Shown: positions 32,943 to 43,861 of the stretch, piece by piece
Position numbering within the stretch: position 1 is the stretch's first letter
Layout of the letters: each line of letters starts with the position of its first letter
NCBI GenBank assembly: GCA_035995165.1
Contig: DASYKU010000050.1
Coordinates: 3,040-67,039, forward strand
DNA: 64,000 bases
Reading direction: 5' to 3'
DNA from: Mycobacteriales bacterium
Lineage (GTDB): Bacteria; Actinomycetota; Actinomycetes; Mycobacteriales; CADCTP01
The notes under the pieces: generated by a model
The model's input: the letters and a program-made list of their open reading frames with translations, nothing else
The model's database searches: none
Told to the model about the DNA's origin: nothing
Program-made: the position numbers and the translations under genes

Positions 32943-35099
32943 TCAGTCGGGCATGGCGGGGACGGCCTTGCGGGCCTCGTGCTCCGGCATCGGGTCGTGC
33001 CGGACGTAGCGCCGGGTGAACCGGCCCGTCCCCGCGGTGATCGAGCGCAGGTCCACCGCGTACCGCAGCAGCTCCAGCTCGGGGACCTCGGCCGAGACCA
33101 CCGACCGCTCGCCGCCGACCGACTCGGTGCCGGTGACCCGGCCGCGCCGTCCGGACAGGTCGCTCATGACCGCGCCGACGTACTCGTCGGGCACGGTGAC
33201 GGCGACGGCCTGCACCGGCTCCAGCAGCGACACGGTGCACGCCTTGGCCGCCTCCCGCAGCGCCAGCGCGCCCGCGACCTGGAACGCCGCGTCCGAGGAG
33301 TCGACGCTGTGCGCCTTCCCGTCGATCAGCGTGACCCTGAAGTCGACCACCGGGAAGCCGGCCGCGACGCCGCGCTCCATCTGGGTCCGGACGCCCTTCT
33401 CCACCGACGAGTGGAACTGCACCGGCACCGAGCCGCCGACGATCTTGACCGCGAACTCGAACCCGCTGCCGGTCGGCAGCGGCTCCACCTCGATGTCGCA
33501 GATCGCGAACTGCCCGTGCCCACCGGACTGCTTGACGTGCCGGCCCTTGGCCACGGCCTTGCCGCCGAACGTCTCCCGCAGCGGCACGACCACCGGCACG
33601 GTCTCCAGCTCGACGCCCTGCTCCCGCAGCCGGTCCAGCAGCACGTCCGCATGCGCCTCGCCCATGCACCAGAGCACCAGCTGGTGGGTCTCGGCGTTGC
33701 GCTCCAGCCGCAGCGTCGGGTCCCCGGCGGTGAGCTTGGTCAGGCCTTTGGCCAGGGAGTCCTCGTCCGAACGGGTCTTGGCCTGGACCGCGATCGGCAG
33801 CAGCGGCTCGGGCATGTCCCAGGGCGCGACCAGCAGCGGCTCCTCCCGGGCCGAGATGGTGTCGCCGGTCTCGGCGCTGGTCAGCTTCGTCACCGCGGCG
33901 ACGTCGCCGGCGACCGCGTACTCCACCGGGCGCAGGGTCGCGCCCAGCGGCGAGAACAGGTGGCCGATCCGCTCGTCCACGTCGTGGTCGGAGTGCCCGC
34001 GCGCGGCCATGCCGTGCCCGGACACGTGCAGGGGCACGTCGGCCCTGAGCGTCCCGGAGAAGACCCGCAGCAGCGACACCCGTCCCACGTACGGGTCGAC
34101 GGTCGTCTTGACCACCTCGGCCACCAGCGGGCCGCCCGGGTCGCAGGTCAGCGGCGCGTGCGGGCCGCCCTCCACGGTGGTCACGGCCGGCAGGTCGTGC
34201 TCGCACGGGGTCGGGAACGCGCTGGTGAGGACCTCGAGGATCGAGTCCATACCGAGCCCGGAGGGGCCGCAGGCGGCGAGCACCGGGTGGAACGAGCCGC
34301 GCGCGACCGCGGTCTCCAGATCGTCGGTGAGCGTCTCGAGCGCGATGTCCTCGCCGCCGAGGTAGCGGTCCATCAGCGACTCGTCCTCGGACTCGGCGAT
34401 GATCCCCTCGATCAGCTCGTTGCGCGGTGCCTCGATGAGCTCCCGGTGCTCGGGGTCGGCCGGTCGTTCGACCAGGCTGCCGCCGGAGTAGTCCTGGACC
34501 GTCCGGGACAGCAGCCCGATCAGGCCCGCCACGCCGCCGTCGTCGCCGTGCAGCGGCAGGTAGAGCGGCAGCACGTTCTCGCCGAAGACCCGGCGGCAGA
34601 CCGCGACCGACTCCTCGAAGTCGGCCCGCTGGTGGTCCAGCCGGGTCACCACGACCGCGCGCGGCATGCCGACCGCGGCGCACTCCTCCCACAGCGCGAT
34701 CGTGGTCGCGTCCACGCCGTCGACGGCGGAGACCACGAACAGGGCCGCGTCGGCGGCCCGCAGGCCCGCCCGCAGCTCGCCGACGAAGTCTGCGTACCCG
34801 GGGGTGTCGAGCAGGTTGACCTTGATCCCGCGGTGCTCGAACGGCGCCACCGAGAGCGAGACCGAACGCTGCTGCTTCACCTCGGCCGGGTCCGAGTCGG
34901 ACACGGTGGTGCCGTCCGGGACGGAGCCGGCCCGCGGGATCGTTCCCGTGGCCAGCAGCAGTCCCTCGACGAGGGTGGTCTTGCCGGAGCCGGAGTGGCC
35001 CACGACCGCGACGTTGCGGATTGCCTCCGGGCGGTCGGCCGACGCCGCTTCGGCGACCGCCCCGCGCTCCGCTCCCTTGGTGGACCCTTTCGACGCCAT
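32943..35099 (-). CDS. elongation factor G-like protein (EF-G2)
   Basis: ORF 32943..35099. The G1 motif is VVGHSGSGKTT, with DTPGYADF and EF-G domains II-V collinear. It is clearly not the canonical fusA context. Confidence 0.85.
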   Translation of the reverse strand: MASKGSTKGAERGAVAEAASADRPEAIRNVAVVGHSGSGKTTLVEGLLLATGTIPRAGSVPDGTTVSDSDPAEVKQQRSVSLSVAPFEHRGIKVNLLDTPGYADFVGELRAGLRAADAALFVVSAVDGVDATTIALWEECAAVGMPRAVVVTRLDHQRADFEESVAVCRRVFGENVLPLYLPLHGDDGGVAGLIGLLSRTVQDYSGGSLVERPADPEHRELIEAPRNELIEGIIAESEDESLMDRYLGGEDIALETLTDDLETAVARGSFHPVLAACGPSGLGMDSILEVLTSAFPTPCEHDLPAVTTVEGGPHAPLTCDPGGPLVAEVVKTTVDPYVGRVSLLRVFSGTLRADVPLHVSGHGMAARGHSDHDVDERIGHLFSPLGATLRPVEYAVAGDVAAVTKLTSAETGDTISAREEPLLVAPWDMPEPLLPIAVQAKTRSDEDSLAKGLTKLTAGDPTLRLERNAETHQLVLWCMGEAHADVLLDRLREQGVELETVPVVVPLRETFGGKAVAKGRHVKQSGGHGQFAICDIEVEPLPTGSGFEFAVKIVGGSVPVQFHSSVEKGVRTQMERGVAAGFPVVDFRVTLIDGKAHSVDSSDAAFQVAGALALREAAKACTVSLLEPVQAVAVTVPDEYVGAVMSDLSGRRGRVTGTESVGGERSVVSAEVPELELLRYAVDLRSITAGTGRFTRRYVRHDPMPEHEARKAVPAMPD

Positions 35100-35258
35100 C
35101 GGCCGCCTCCAGTCGTCCCGCTGGTGCCCCCGTCCTGCGATTCGACACCCTCCGCGCAGTCACCGACAAGACTTCCGGCCGACTTGCCCGCGAAACACTG
35201 TCGTACCGCTGGAGCGGGCCGACGGCTCGTGTGGCGCCCCCACTAAGGTGGGCCCACC

Positions 35259-35894
35259 ATGACCGGTCTCTTCTCCCGCGGCCTGTTCTCCCGCAGCGGC
35301 TGGGGACGGGTGTTCGCGCCGCTGGTGCGCTGGCTCGTCAAGCACGGGGTCACCGCGAACACCGTGACGGTCATCGGCACGCTCGGCGCGATGATCGGCG
35401 CGCTGGGCTTCTTCACCCGCGGCGACTTCTTCGTCGGCACGCTGATCATCTGGGGCTTCACGATGCTCGACAGCGTCGACGGCGCGGTCGCGCGGGCCCG
35501 GGGCGGCGCGACCGTGTTCGGCGCCGTGCTCGACTCCAGCCTGGACCGGGTCGTGGACGCGGCCGTCTTCGGTGCGCTGCTGTGGTGGTTCGCCGGGCCG
35601 GGGGACTCCCGGGGGCTGGTGCTGGCCTGCCTGCTCTGCCTGGTGTTCGGCTCGGTGGTCAGCTACATCAAGGCCCGGGCCGAGGGCGCCGGGCTGACCT
35701 GCAACGTCGGGCTGATCGAACGGCCGCAGCGGCTGACCACCGCGCTGGCCGGCACCGGCCTGGACGGCCTCGGCGTGCCGTACGTGCAGGCGATCGCGCT
35801 GTGGGCGCTGGTCGTGCTGTCCGCGGTCACCGCCGGGCAGCGGCTGGTCGAGGTCCGCCGGCAGGCCCGGGCGGCGACCCCGGGCCCCGCGTGA
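35259..35894 (+). CDS. pgsA: CDP-alcohol phosphatidyltransferase (phosphatidylinositol phosphate synthase)
   Basis: ORF 35259..35894. It has the DSVDGAVARARGG...GAVLDSSLDR signature (D-x2-DG-x2-AR...G-x3-D-x3-D) and lies beside patA and pimA. Confidence 0.85.
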   Translation: MTGLFSRGLFSRSGWGRVFAPLVRWLVKHGVTANTVTVIGTLGAMIGALGFFTRGDFFVGTLIIWGFTMLDSVDGAVARARGGATVFGAVLDSSLDRVVDAAVFGALLWWFAGPGDSRGLVLACLLCLVFGSVVSYIKARAEGAGLTCNVGLIERPQRLTTALAGTGLDGLGVPYVQAIALWALVVLSAVTAGQRLVEVRRQARAATPGPA

Positions 35895-35904
35895 ACGGCA
35901 TCCG

Positions 35905-36816
35905 GTGAGCCTGCGGGAACGGGCGGTGGACGCCGGTTTCGCGGCCGGCTGGGCCGCCGTCCGCGCGCTGCCGCACCCGGTGGCCGCGTTCTCCTTCGCC
36001 GCCGCCGGCACGCTGGCCGCCCGCCGCGACACCCGGGGCGTCCGGCGGCTGCGGTCCAACCTGGCCCGGGTCGTCGGCCCCGACGCCGACCTGGACCCGC
36101 TCGTCGAGAAGGCCATGCGCTCGTACGCGCGGTACTGGCGGGAGACCTTCCGGCTGTCCCGGATCACCCCCCGTACGGTCTGGGAGAACACCGACGCCAT
36201 CGGCACGGACGTCCTGGACAAGGCGCTGACCAGCGGCCGCGGCGTGCTCCTGACCCTGCCGCACTCCGGTAACTGGGAGTCCGCCGGGGTCTGGCTGCTC
36301 GAGCACGGCGTCCCGTTCAGCACCGTCGCCGAGCGCCTCAAGCCCGAGTCCCTGTACGAGCGGTTCGTCGCCTACCGCGAGGGCCTCGGCATGGAGGTGC
36401 TGCCGCTGACCGGCGGCGCGCGCCCGCCCGCCGACGTGCTCAAGGACCGGCTGAAGGCCGGCCGGGTGGTCTGCCTGCTCGGCGACCGCGACCTCACCGC
36501 CCGCGGCATCGACGTGGACTTCTTCGGCGCGACCGCGCGGATGCCGGCCGGGCCGGCGCTGCTGGCCGCGACCACCGGGGCCGCGCTGCTGCCGGCCGGG
36601 CTCTGGTTCACCGAGGACGGCTGGGGGATCAAGATCCACCCCGAGGTGCCGGTCGTGGAGGGCGTCCGGCTGCGGGACAAGGTCACCACCGCGACCCAGG
36701 AGGTCGCGGACCGCTTCGCCGCCGACATCGCGCTGCGCCCGTACGACTGGCACATGCTGCAACGGCTCTGGCTCGACGACCTCCCGGCCGATCCGGCCCG
36801 CGAACCGGGCGGGTGA
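35905..36816 (+). CDS. patA: phosphatidylinositol mannoside acyltransferase (HtrB/LpxL-like)
   Basis: ORF 35905..36816. It has the PHSGNWE acyltransferase motif and sits between pgsA and pimA, as in mycobacterial Rv2611c. Confidence 0.8.
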   Translation: MSLRERAVDAGFAAGWAAVRALPHPVAAFSFAAAGTLAARRDTRGVRRLRSNLARVVGPDADLDPLVEKAMRSYARYWRETFRLSRITPRTVWENTDAIGTDVLDKALTSGRGVLLTLPHSGNWESAGVWLLEHGVPFSTVAERLKPESLYERFVAYREGLGMEVLPLTGGARPPADVLKDRLKAGRVVCLLGDRDLTARGIDVDFFGATARMPAGPALLAATTGAALLPAGLWFTEDGWGIKIHPEVPVVEGVRLRDKVTTATQEVADRFAADIALRPYDWHMLQRLWLDDLPADPAREPGG

Positions 36817-36823
36817 GCAGCGG

Positions 36824-37981
36824 ATGCGCGTCGGCCTGGTCTGCCCGTACTCCTGGGACATCCCCGGGGGAGTGCAGGCGCACGTGCGGGACCTGGCCGA
36901 GGCGCTGATCGCCCTCGGGCACCACGTCTCCGTCCTGGCGCCGGCCGACGACGACCTCCCGCTCCCGCCGTACGTGGTCGGGGCCGGGCGGGCGGTCCCG
37001 ATCCGCTACAACGGCTCGGTGGCCCGGGTCCAGATGGGACCGGTGTCGGCCGCCCGGGTGCGGCGCTGGCTGCGGGACGGGCGGTTCGACGTGCTGCACA
37101 TCCACGAGCCGATCGCGCCGAGCCTCTCGTTCCTGGCGCTGGTGCTGGCCCGCGGGCCGATCGTGGCGACCTTCCACACCTCGACCGCCCGGTCCCGGTC
37201 GCTGTCGGCCGCGGGCGGCGTCGTGCAGCCGTTCCTGGAGAAGATCAGCGGCCGCATCGCGGTGTCCGCGGCGGCCCGGCAGGTGCAGGTCGAGCACCTC
37301 GGCGGGGACGCGGTCGAGATCCCGAACGGGGTGGCGATCGCGCACTACGCGGGCGCGCCGCCGCTGCCCGGCTACCCGCGCGAGGGCGGCACCGTCGGCT
37401 ACATCGGCCGGTACGACGAGCCCCGCAAGGGCCTGCCGGTGCTGCTGGAGGGGCTGGCCGCGCTCGCCCCGCGGCGGCCCGGGCTGCGGCTGCTGGTCGC
37501 CGGCCGGGGCGACGCCGAGGACCTGCTGAAGGAGCTGCCGCCGCCGCTGGCCGGCCGGGTCGACCTGCTCGGACAGGTCAGCGAGGCCGACAAGGCCCGG
37601 ATGCTGCGCTCGGTCGACGTCTACTGCGCGCCCAATCTCGGCGGCGAGAGCTTCGGGATCATCCTGCTGGAGGCGATGGCCGCGGGCGCGCCGATCCTGG
37701 CCAGCGACCTGGAGCCGTTCAAGCGGGTGCTCGACGACGGCCGGGCCGGCACGATGTTCCGCACCGGCGACGCGACCGCGCTGGCCACCGCGCTGGACCG
37801 GCTGCTGGACGACCCGGGCCGGCGGGCCCGGCTGGTCGCCGTCGGCACCGAGGTCGTGGCCGCGTACGACTGGCCGGTGGTCGCCCGCTACATCGTGACC
37901 GTGTACGAGACGGTGATCGCGGAGAAGCCCGTACCGGTGACTCCCGACACGTCCGCCACCCCCGGTCTCGTCGGAGAGTGA
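36824..37981 (+). CDS. pimA: GDP-mannose-dependent alpha-(1-2)-phosphatidylinositol mannosyltransferase (GT4)
   Basis: ORF 36824..37981. It starts MRVGLVCPYSWDIPGGVQAHVRDLAEAL and has a GT4 C-terminal ESFGIILLEAMAAGAPILAS motif. Confidence 0.85.
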   Translation: MRVGLVCPYSWDIPGGVQAHVRDLAEALIALGHHVSVLAPADDDLPLPPYVVGAGRAVPIRYNGSVARVQMGPVSAARVRRWLRDGRFDVLHIHEPIAPSLSFLALVLARGPIVATFHTSTARSRSLSAAGGVVQPFLEKISGRIAVSAAARQVQVEHLGGDAVEIPNGVAIAHYAGAPPLPGYPREGGTVGYIGRYDEPRKGLPVLLEGLAALAPRRPGLRLLVAGRGDAEDLLKELPPPLAGRVDLLGQVSEADKARMLRSVDVYCAPNLGGESFGIILLEAMAAGAPILASDLEPFKRVLDDGRAGTMFRTGDATALATALDRLLDDPGRRARLVAVGTEVVAAYDWPVVARYIVTVYETVIAEKPVPVTPDTSATPGLVGE

Positions 37982-38005
37982 TCGGAGCGCCTACTCTGAT
38001 CACCC

Positions 38006-38521
38006 GTGGAGGTGATTCTCGCGGCAGCGGCCGTGACCGTGCTCCTCTTCGTCTGGGTGAGCTGGACCGCCACCCGGGTGGACCGGCTGCACGACCGGAC
38101 CTCGCTCGCCCGCACGTCGCTGGACGCCCAGCTGGTGCGCCGGGCGGCGGCCCTGCAGGCGCTCGCCTCCGACTCCGCCGCCGAGCTCGGCCCGCAGCGG
38201 GAGCAGCGGCTGCTGGCCCTGGCCACGGCCTCACTGGACGCGAACGAGAGCACCCGGGAAGCCGTCGAGAACGACCTGTCCCGGGCGCTGCGGGCGACCC
38301 CGGCCGGCGCCGACCCGGCCCTGCTGGCCGACCTGACCGACGCGGCCCGGCGGGTGGCGCTGGCCCGGCGGTTCTACAACGACGCGGTCCGCGACACCCG
38401 CTCGCTGCGGCGGCGCCGGCTGCCCCGGCTGTTCCGGCTCGGCGGGGCCCAGCCGCTGCCCGCCTTCTTCGAGATCGACGACACGCTGCCCGTCCCGGCC
38501 CGCCAGGAGACCCAGCGGTAG
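38006..38521 (+). CDS. hypothetical membrane-anchored protein (distantly LemA-like)
   Basis: ORF 38006..38521. It has one N-terminal TM segment and a helical Ala/Arg-rich body with RRFYNDAVRD. Confidence 0.5.
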   Translation: MEVILAAAAVTVLLFVWVSWTATRVDRLHDRTSLARTSLDAQLVRRAAALQALASDSAAELGPQREQRLLALATASLDANESTREAVENDLSRALRATPAGADPALLADLTDAARRVALARRFYNDAVRDTRSLRRRRLPRLFRLGGAQPLPAFFEIDDTLPVPARQETQR

Positions 38522-38524
38522 CCG

Positions 38525-39607
38525 GTGGGTAGGGTCGCCGCGCTCCGGGAGGTGCGTGTGCGACGGGTCTGTCTGGTTCTCATCGCGGTGGCGCTGGCCG
38601 CCGGCTGCTCGTCCGGCGCCCCGGCGGCGGTCCCGTCGCCGACCCCGAGCCGCACCCCCTCGCCGACGCCGGCCCCGACGACCCCGGTGCCGAAGCCCGC
38701 GCCGAAGCCGGTCGCGCCCGCGGTCAACCCGCTGACCGGCGTCGGCGCCGTCCCGAGGCGGCCGGTCATCGCGGTCAAGATCGACGACACCGCTGACGGC
38801 CGGCCCCAGCTCGGCCTGGAGTACGCCGACCTCGTCTACGTCGAGCAGGTCGAGGCCGGCGTGACCCGGCTGGTCGCGGTGTTCGCCGGCCGTCAGCCCG
38901 CGGTGGTCGGCCCGGTCCGGTCGGTGCGCAACTCCGACCCCGAGCTGCTGGCCGCGTACGGCCGGCCCGCGCTGGCGTACTCCGGCGGCGCCGGGGCCCC
39001 GGTGGCCCGGCTGCGGCACTCGACCGTGGTCGACGCCGGGCCGCAGCGGCAGGGCGGGGTCTACCGGCGGCTCGGCAGCCGGGTGGCGCCGTACAACCTG
39101 GTGGTGAACACGGCGGCGCTCGCGGCCCGGCTGCACGGCGTCTCCGGGCCGCACGACATCGGGCTGCGCTGGGCCCACACCGACCCGCGGCTGGCCAGGG
39201 CCCGCAAGGTCGGCGCGGTGTCGGTCACCGTCGGCAAGACCCGGGTCGACTTCCGCTGGGACGCCCCGACCCGCCGCTGGCTGCTGCTCAACCGGGACGG
39301 CACCCTCCGGCGGGCCGCGTCCGGCCGGCCGATCTCGACGCCGAACCTGGTCGTACCGGTCAGCCGGGCCCGCATCGACCCGACCGACGTCGACGTGCTC
39401 GGCACCCCGTCGGTCTACACGTCCACGGTCGGGACCGGCCGGCTGCTGGTGTTCCGGGACGGCCGGGTGCTGACCGGCAGCTGGGCCCGGGCCCGCCCGG
39501 CCGGCCGGACCTCCTACCTGGACGCGGACCGCAAACCGATCACGCTCGACCCCGGCGGGGCCTGGGTCCTGCTGGCCGCGACCGGCGCGCCGGTGTCGTA
39601 CCGCTGA
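38525..39607 (+). CDS. DUF3048 domain-containing lipoprotein
   Basis: ORF 38525..39607. The lipobox is VALAAGC, followed by a Pro/Thr linker. The DUF3048 segment is [37 protein letters not shown]. Confidence 0.7.
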   Translation: MGRVAALREVRVRRVCLVLIAVALAAGCSSGAPAAVPSPTPSRTPSPTPAPTTPVPKPAPKPVAPAVNPLTGVGAVPRRPVIAVKIDDTADGRPQLGLEYADLVYVEQVEAGVTRLVAVFAGRQPAVVGPVRSVRNSDPELLAAYGRPALAYSGGAGAPVARLRHSTVVDAGPQRQGGVYRRLGSRVAPYNLVVNTAALAARLHGVSGPHDIGLRWAHTDPRLARARKVGAVSVTVGKTRVDFRWDAPTRRWLLLNRDGTLRRAASGRPISTPNLVVPVSRARIDPTDVDVLGTPSVYTSTVGTGRLLVFRDGRVLTGSWARARPAGRTSYLDADRKPITLDPGGAWVLLAATGAPVSYR

Positions 39608-39627
39608 GCCCACGTAGAATCGCGGTC

Positions 39628-40545
39628 ATGTCCGAGTACTCCGACGCCCCCGTCACCGCCACCCCCAGGACCGGCACCGCGCGCGTCAAGCGCGGCATGG
39701 CCGAGATGCTCAAGGGCGGTGTGATCATGGACGTGGTCACGCCCGAGCAGGCGAAGATCGCCGAGGACGCGGGCGCGGTCGCGGTGATGGCCCTGGAGCG
39801 GGTGCCGGCCGACATCCGCGCGCAGGGCGGCGTCGCCCGCATGTCCGACCCGGACATGGTCGAGGGCATCATCGACACGGTCTCGATCCCGGTCATGGCC
39901 AAGGCCCGGATCGGGCACTTCGTCGAGGCCCAGGTGCTGCAGTCGCTCGGCGTCGACTACGTGGACGAGTCCGAGGTGCTCACCCCGGCCGACGAGGCGT
40001 ACCACATCGACAAGTGGGCGTTCACGGTCCCGTTCGTCTGCGGTGCGACCGACCTGGGGGAGGCGCTGCGGCGGATCTCCGAGGGCGCGGCGATGATCCG
40101 CTCCAAGGGCGAGGCCGGCACCGGCAACGTGGTCGAGGCGACCCGGCACATGCGCTCGATCCGGGCCGGCATCCGGGCGCTGTCCGGCATGTCCCCCGAG
40201 GAGCTGTACGGCGCGGCCAAGGAGCTGCGCGCGCCGTACGAGCTGGTCGCCGACGTGGCCGCGGCGGGCAGGCTGCCGGTCGTGCTGTTCACCGCCGGCG
40301 GCATCGCGACCCCGGCCGACGCGGCGATGATGATGCAGCTCGGCGCCGAGGGCGTGTTCGTCGGCTCCGGCATCTTCAAGTCCGGCGACCCGGCCCGCCG
40401 CGCCGAGGCGATCGTCAAGGCGACCACGTTCCACGACGACCCCGACGTGATCGCGAAGGTCTCCCGCGGGCTCGGCGAGCCGATGGTCGGGATCGGGCTG
40501 GACGAGCTCAAGCCCGAGCAGCGCTACGCCGGCCGCGGCTGGTGA
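39628..40545 (+). CDS. pdxS: pyridoxal 5'-phosphate synthase lyase subunit
   Basis: ORF 39628..40545. Family segments are [27 protein letters not shown] and [12 protein letters not shown]. Confidence 0.95.
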   Translation: MSEYSDAPVTATPRTGTARVKRGMAEMLKGGVIMDVVTPEQAKIAEDAGAVAVMALERVPADIRAQGGVARMSDPDMVEGIIDTVSIPVMAKARIGHFVEAQVLQSLGVDYVDESEVLTPADEAYHIDKWAFTVPFVCGATDLGEALRRISEGAAMIRSKGEAGTGNVVEATRHMRSIRAGIRALSGMSPEELYGAAKELRAPYELVADVAAAGRLPVVLFTAGGIATPADAAMMMQLGAEGVFVGSGIFKSGDPARRAEAIVKATTFHDDPDVIAKVSRGLGEPMVGIGLDELKPEQRYAGRGW

Positions 40546-41168
40546 GGATCGGGGTCCTCGCCCTCCAGGGTGACGTGCGCGAACACCTGCGGGCGCTCTC
40601 GGACTCCGGCGCTTCGGCCATCACGGTCCGGCGGGCCACCGAGCTGGAGTCGGTCGACGGGCTGGTGATCCCGGGCGGCGAGTCGACCACGATCATCAAG
40701 CTCGCCGTCGCCTTCGACCTGCTCGAACCGCTGCGCAAGCGGATCGCCGGCGGCATGCCCGCGTACGGGTCGTGCGCCGGGATGATCCTGCTGGCCGACC
40801 GCGTTCTCGACGGCGTGGAGGGTCAGCAGACCCTCGGCGGGCTGGACGTGACCGTCCGGCGCAACGCCTTCGGTCGGCAGGTCGACTCGTTCGAGGAGTC
40901 CATCCCGCTCACCGGCGTGCCGGGCGGGCCGTTCCACGCGGTGTTCATCCGCGCGCCCTGGGTCGAGTCGGTCGGTCCGGACGTCGAGGTGCTGGGGAGC
41001 GCCGTCGGCGCCGCCGACAAGGGGCCGACAGGGCGCGGGCTTTCCGCCGGTAGGATCGTGGCGGTGCGACAGGGCGGCCTGCTGGCCACCTCGTTCCATC
41101 CGGAGCTGGCCGGCGACGCGCGGCTGCACGCGCTGTTCGTGGAGATCGTGAAGGAGCAAGTCCTATGA
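40542..41168 (+). CDS. pdxT: pyridoxal 5'-phosphate synthase glutaminase subunit
   Basis: GTG 40542 overlaps the pdxS TGA. Segments are [29 protein letters not shown] and SFHPEL. Confidence 0.9.
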   Translation: MRIGVLALQGDVREHLRALSDSGASAITVRRATELESVDGLVIPGGESTTIIKLAVAFDLLEPLRKRIAGGMPAYGSCAGMILLADRVLDGVEGQQTLGGLDVTVRRNAFGRQVDSFEESIPLTGVPGGPFHAVFIRAPWVESVGPDVEVLGSAVGAADKGPTGRGLSAGRIVAVRQGGLLATSFHPELAGDARLHALFVEIVKEQVL

Positions 41169-41914
41169 GCGGCCACTCCAAGTGGGCGACGACGAAGCAC
41201 AAGAAGGCCGTGATCGATGCCAAGCGCGGCAAGCTGTTCGCCAAGCTGGTGAAGAACATCGAGGTCGCGGCGCGGACCGGCGGCGGTGACCCGGCCGGCA
41301 ACCCGACGCTGTTCGACGCCATCCAGAAGGCGAAGCGCACCTCCGTCCCCATCGACAACATCGACCGCGCGGTCAAGCGCGGGTCCGGGATCGAGGGCGC
41401 CGGCGTCGACTACCAGTCGATCACGTACGAGGGGTACGGGCCGGGCGGCGTCGCGGTGCTGGTGGAGTGCCTGACCGACAACCGCAACCGGGCCGCCTCG
41501 GACGTGCGGACGGCGATGACCCGCAACGGCGGCAACATGGCCGACCCGGGCTCGGTGGCGTACCTGTTCAACCGCAAGGGCGTCGTGCTCGTACCCAAGG
41601 AGGGCACGACCGAGGACGACGTGTTCGCCGCGGTGCTCGATGCCGGCGCGGAGGAGGTCACCGACGACGGCGAGTCGTTCGAGGTCGTGAGCGAGCCGAC
41701 CGACCTGGTCGCGGTACGGACGGCGCTGCAGGGCGCGGGCATCGAGTACGACTCGGCCGAGGCCCAGTTCGTGCCGAGCGTGACGGTGCCGCTGGACGAG
41801 GACGGCGCCCGCAAGGTGTTCCGCCTGGTCGAGGCGCTCGAGGAGCTCGACGACGTCCAGGAGGTCTACGCCAACTTCGACGTCTCCGACGAGGTCCTGG
41901 CCCTGGTCGACTGA
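41165..41914 (+). CDS. yebC: YebC/PmpR family DNA-binding transcriptional regulator
   Basis: It has an ATGA overlap with pdxT and starts [25 protein letters not shown]. Confidence 0.9.
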   Translation: MSGHSKWATTKHKKAVIDAKRGKLFAKLVKNIEVAARTGGGDPAGNPTLFDAIQKAKRTSVPIDNIDRAVKRGSGIEGAGVDYQSITYEGYGPGGVAVLVECLTDNRNRAASDVRTAMTRNGGNMADPGSVAYLFNRKGVVLVPKEGTTEDDVFAAVLDAGAEEVTDDGESFEVVSEPTDLVAVRTALQGAGIEYDSAEAQFVPSVTVPLDEDGARKVFRLVEALEELDDVQEVYANFDVSDEVLALVD

Positions 41915-42086
41915 GTCGCTGTCGGGGGCGGCCCCGTAACCCCCGGGCGGTGCCTCGTCTGCACTGGCGGGTCTCGACCGACCTCGTCCAACGAGCCCCG
42001 CCGGTCGCGGAGGACCCGATCACCGTCAACCCGCCGCGCGGGTCGGACTTGTGCCTCTCCGGGCGCCCGCCCCGGTCGCCAGGCGG

Positions 42087-43268
42087 TCAGACGGGGCCGA
42101 GGCGGCCGGTTTCGTAGCCACGGGCTACTGCTGCCATGACGGCGTGGACGTCGGTTTCCCAGGGGGAGAACGGGCCCGGGCGCCAGCCCGGTGAGCTCGT
42201 GTTGCGCTGCACGGACTCGCAGGCGGCCCAGTCCTGCCGGTTGACCAGATCCCAGAAGTCGGCCGCGTACGCCGGGTCGAAGCCGGGGCGCTCCCAGGCC
42301 TCGGGCGGGAAGTACCAGGTGCACTCGACCCGGGTCCGGGCGGCCGCGAGCGGCTCCAGCCGGTGCGTCATGAGGTAGTCCGGGTGCGCGCTGATCAGCA
42401 GGCCCGGCAGCAGCGCCGCGTACCCGACCACGCGGGCCTTCGCCGCCGGCAGCCCCGGGATCGGCACGCCGAGGCTGCGCCCGTCCAGCGACATCGTCTG
42501 CACGCCCTCGCGCAGCGCCAGCGGCCCCCCGGTCCAGGCCCCGACCGGCGACACCGGGTAGCCCAGGCCGGACTCGGGCGGGGTGACCTCGCAGAGCTCC
42601 GGGTGGATCGGCGCGCAGTGGTAGCACTCCAGGTAGTTCTCGACGATGACCTTCCAGTTGGCCGCGACCTCGTACTCGTGCCGGGTGCCGAGCCGCAGCC
42701 GCGACACGTCGTAGCCGTCGACGACCATGGCCGCGTTCCCGAGGTGCTCGGCCAGCGGCGGGGCCTCCCCGGAGACGTTCGCGAACACCCAGCCCTGCCA
42801 CTGCTCGACCCGTGCTGCGACCAGCCCGAACGCGCTGCGGTCGATGCCGTCGTCGGAGTCCTTGCCGAAGCGGGGCATGGCCCGGCACTCGCCGCCCAGC
42901 CCGTAGACCCAGCCGTGGTACGGGCAGCGGATCGCCCGGCCCTTGCGGCTGCTGCCCGGTTCCAGCAGCTCGTGCCCGCGGTGCCGGCAGACGTTGAACC
43001 AGCCCCGCAGGACGCCGTCGTTGTCCCGGACCAGCAGCAGCGAGCTGCCGCCGACGGTGACCGCGCGCTGGTCGCCCGGCGCCGCGAGCGCGTCGGCCCG
43101 CCCGGCGCAGACCCAGCCGCCGGCGAAGAAGTGTGCCTGCTCCCAGTCGAAGACCTCCGGCGACCCGTACGCCGCCCCCGGCAGCGTGCGGGCCGCGGCC
43201 AGCGGGCGGACGACCGCGTCCAGCGCGGCCGGGTCGAGGGGGGCGCGATCCACGGGCCCAGTGTCCAC
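42087..43268 (-). CDS. Rieske [2Fe-2S] aromatic-ring-hydroxylating oxygenase alpha subunit
   Basis: ORF 42087..43268. The Rieske motif is CRHRGHEL...CPYHGWVY, and the mononuclear-iron region is [14 protein letters not shown]. Confidence 0.8.
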   Translation of the reverse strand: MDTGPVDRAPLDPAALDAVVRPLAAARTLPGAAYGSPEVFDWEQAHFFAGGWVCAGRADALAAPGDQRAVTVGGSSLLLVRDNDGVLRGWFNVCRHRGHELLEPGSSRKGRAIRCPYHGWVYGLGGECRAMPRFGKDSDDGIDRSAFGLVAARVEQWQGWVFANVSGEAPPLAEHLGNAAMVVDGYDVSRLRLGTRHEYEVAANWKVIVENYLECYHCAPIHPELCEVTPPESGLGYPVSPVGAWTGGPLALREGVQTMSLDGRSLGVPIPGLPAAKARVVGYAALLPGLLISAHPDYLMTHRLEPLAAARTRVECTWYFPPEAWERPGFDPAYAADFWDLVNRQDWAACESVQRNTSSPGWRPGPFSPWETDVHAVMAAVARGYETGRLGPV

Positions 43269-43345
43269 CGCGTGTCCGGCCGGTCGCGACGATCGGTCGC
43301 GGCTACGGTGGCGAACGACTGTTCGATCGGCTCGGGAGGTCAGCG

Positions 43346-43861
43346 GTGCGGGTGCTGGGCGTCGACCCGGGGCTGACCCGGTGCGGCGTCGGCGTCGTCG
43401 AGGGGTCGGCGGGGCGGCCGATGCGGCTGGTCCACGTCTCGGTCCTGCGTACCCCGGCCGACGCCGAGCTGGCCGACCGGCTGCTCGCCCTCGCCGCCGG
43501 CCTGGACGCGGCCGTGGCGGCGCACCGGCCGGACGTGGTGGCGGTCGAGCGCGTCTTCAGCCAGCACAACGTCCGTACGGTCATGGGTACGGCGCAGGCG
43601 GCCGCGCTGGCGGTGCTCGCCGCGGCCCGGGCCGGCGTCCCGGTCGCGTTGCACACCCCCAGCGAGGTCAAGGCCGCGGTCACCGGCTCCGGCCGGGCCG
43701 ACAAGGCGCAGGTCGGGATCATGGTGACCCGGCTGCTCAAGCTCACCGAGCAGCCCAAGCCGGCCGACGCCGCCGACGCGCTCGCCCTCGCGATCTGCCA
43801 GCTCTGGCGCGGCCCGGCCCAGACCCGACTGGCCGCCGCAGTGGCGAAGGAGCGGGCGTGA
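43346..43861 (+). CDS. ruvC: crossover junction endodeoxyribonuclease
   Basis: GTG 43346 follows GGGAGG, within ORF 43133..43861. Segments are [16 protein letters not shown] and [12 protein letters not shown]. Confidence 0.9.
   Translation: MRVLGVDPGLTRCGVGVVEGSAGRPMRLVHVSVLRTPADAELADRLLALAAGLDAAVAAHRPDVVAVERVFSQHNVRTVMGTAQAAALAVLAAARAGVPVALHTPSEVKAAVTGSGRADKAQVGIMVTRLLKLTEQPKPADAADALALAICQLWRGPAQTRLAAAVAKERA

Noticed and set aside
32827-35169. The N-terminal 780 aa of the 948-aa minus ORF 32323..35169.
   Set aside because: Only the last 167 aa, from ATG 32826, form a credible secreted AMIN-like protein. The upstream part overlaps the EF-G2 gene in another frame and is Arg/Gly-rich.
41915-42086. 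An intrinsic terminator after yebC.
   Set aside because: Only short G/C runs with one-nucleotide loops are present, with no stable stem and no U-tract. This is not supportable by eye.
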